Shown in pieces: positions 62,624 to 64,000 of a stretch of DNA of 64,000 nucleotides; positions within the stretch are counted from its first letter, which is position 1, and every line of letters begins with the position of its first letter. The notes under the pieces are model-generated. The model searched no databases. It was given only the letters and a program-made list of their open reading frames with translations, and was not told where the DNA came from. Both the position numbers and the translations under genes were made by a program. Origin of the DNA: an uncultured Deinococcaceae bacterium (GTDB taxonomy: Bacteria > Deinococcota > Deinococci > Deinococcales > Deinococcaceae); contig CAXULY010000008.1 of the NCBI GenBank assembly GCA_964252075.1, positions 96,001 through 160,000 of the forward strand, given 5' to 3'.

Positions 62624-63739
62624 CTACTGTAGCGTTCCCTCCCGCCGCGCCGACTCCGCGCCCAGCATGGCGATCAGCAGCGCGCACAGCGCCGCGAGCT
62701 GCCACAGGCCGCCCGCCGCGAGGCCCAGCGGCACACTCACGAGCGCCACCGCCGCCGCCACCGCCCGCCACAGGCCGTGTCCCACCCGCACGGTGCGCCG
62801 GAAGAACACGTCGCCCAGCAGGTACACCGCGAGGCCCGCGCCCAGCCACCACGCCGCGCCCACCGGAAAGGGCGCGTGCAGGTGCGGGATGACCTCACCG
62901 AGGCCCGCCGCGACCAGCACGATCCCGCCGATCATCACGACGTGCGCGTACCCGTACCCGCTCAGCGCGGCGCGCGCGCGGTCGTCCCCGCTCAGGTAGG
63001 CGAGCGCCTCGCCCGCCTCTTCGTCCTCACGGTCGAAGTAACTCCACCACAGGCCCGCCGCGAGCGCCAGCCCCAGCAGCGCCGCAATGACCACCTCGCC
63101 GCGCACCGCCTCCCCACCCGCGCCCGCCCCGATCGCCACGATGGATTCCCCCAGCGCGATCAGCACCACCAGGCCGTGCCGCTCCGCGAAATGCGTGGGG
63201 TTCACCTCGAAGCCCTGCACGTGCCTCAGCAGCGTGGACGCCACCATCAGCAGCACCGCCAGCCCCCACAACGGCGCACGCCACGCAGGCGGCGCGAAGG
63301 CCGCCGCCAGCACGCACAGCGCCCCGCCGATGTTGAAGGGCGCCACGCCGAAGATGGCGCGCGCCGAGCCGCCCGGCGCGCGCGTGAAGAGCCCCGCGTG
63401 AATGCACACCACCAGCAGGTACGCCAGCCCGAACGCCACACCGTCCCGCCCGAACGCCTGCGGGACGCTCAGGGACATCACCAGGAAGCCCGCCATGCCG
63501 GTCAGGAGCAGCAGCCGCGCGGTGGGCGTCCGCGTGCCCACGTTGTTCGTGAGCCACGCGTACCCGCCGTACATCCACCACGTCACCAGCAGCACCAGCG
63601 CCGCCTGCAGCAGGCCCCGCGCGCCGCGCCCTTCCCCCACGAGGTGCGACACCTGCGTGATGGTGAACACGAACACCAGGTCGAAGAACAGTTCCAGTGT
63701 CGAGACGCGCGTCGGGGCGCCCGGGGTCCCGGAGGTCAT
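62624..63739 (-). CDS. Low temperature requirement protein A (LtrA) family membrane protein
   Basis: STLELFFDLVFVFTITQ, HFAERHGLVVLIALGESI, LWWSYF. Confidence 0.92.
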   Translation of the reverse strand: MTSGTPGAPTRVSTLELFFDLVFVFTITQVSHLVGEGRGARGLLQAALVLLVTWWMYGGYAWLTNNVGTRTPTARLLLLTGMAGFLVMSLSVPQAFGRDGVAFGLAYLLVVCIHAGLFTRAPGGSARAIFGVAPFNIGGALCVLAAAFAPPAWRAPLWGLAVLLMVASTLLRHVQGFEVNPTHFAERHGLVVLIALGESIVAIGAGAGGEAVRGEVVIAALLGLALAAGLWWSYFDREDEEAGEALAYLSGDDRARAALSGYGYAHVVMIGGIVLVAAGLGEVIPHLHAPFPVGAAWWLGAGLAVYLLGDVFFRRTVRVGHGLWRAVAAAVALVSVPLGLAAGGLWQLAALCALLIAMLGAESARREGTLQ

Positions 63740-63754
63740 GCCCCCAGCATAAGA

Positions 63755-63787
63755 GGCGGCCCGGCCCCAGCAGGGGGCCGGGCCGCC
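63755..63787 (-). terminator. Terminator-like hairpin after the pit gene
   Basis: 14-bp stem GGCGGCCCGGCCCC/GGGGCCGGGCCGCC. Confidence 0.65.
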
Positions 63788-63793
63788 ACGTCC

Positions 63794-64000
63794 TCAGAGC
63801 CCGAGGAGCCGCGCGATGAGGTGCATCACCTCGTAGAACAGCCAGCCCATGATGATGCACGCCGGAATCGTGATGATCCACGCCAGCACGATCTGCCCCG
63901 CCACCTGCCAGCGCACCCGCCGGTACCCCTGCGCGGTCCCCACGCCCATGATAGCCGTGCTGATCACGTGCGTGGTGCTCACCGGAATGCCCAGGTGCGT
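63794..64000 (-). CDS. Inorganic phosphate transporter (PiT family), C-terminal part; 5' end outside the window
   Basis: GIPVSTTHVISTAIMGVG...VRWQVAGQIVLAWIITIP is the PiT C-terminal signature. Confidence 0.9.
   Translation of the reverse strand, partial: THLGIPVSTTHVISTAIMGVGTAQGYRRVRWQVAGQIVLAWIITIPACIIMGWLFYEVMHLIARLLGL

Overview
A 64 kb, very GC-rich chromosomal window. The inferred source is a Deinococcus-like bacterium, based on protein signatures (GSAPS-type Mug, Deinococcus/Thermus pilin-like motif) and many leaderless genes with a TANNNT box 6-8 nt before the start codon. The window is mostly core genome, with about 65 CDS. These include a MoxR/DUF58/DUF4129 operon, recG, a split dcw cluster (murF-lipoprotein-mraY at 9.6-12.6 kb; mraZ-rsmH-ftsL-ftsI at 46.9-49.9 kb), asp23-fakA, ald with an Lrp regulator, a GH43 sugar ABC locus, gnd-zwf-opcA-pgl, tmk, queG, rnhA, truB, an RluB-like synthase, RNase P RNA, prs, a dpp-like ABC system, dnaJ, mug, a NucA-like nuclease and a partial pit gene. 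I see no transposase, phage, CRISPR array, tRNA or rRNA. The best candidates for something undescribed are: (1) a ~280-340 nt multi-branched structured element at 18.0-18.36 kb, with a long closing stem and G-U pairs that all favour a + strand RNA; (2) a pseudoknot/switch-like 5' leader and operator-rich AT-rich region upstream of a 3D-domain cell-wall gene; (3) a CPA2 antiporter fused to a ZnF-UBP (ubiquitin-binding-type) zinc finger; (4) a membrane protein carrying an uncleavable pilin-like domain; and (5) an orphan 71-aa ORF behind a Pho-box-like direct repeat. All structure and family calls were made by eye; none was computed or searched.
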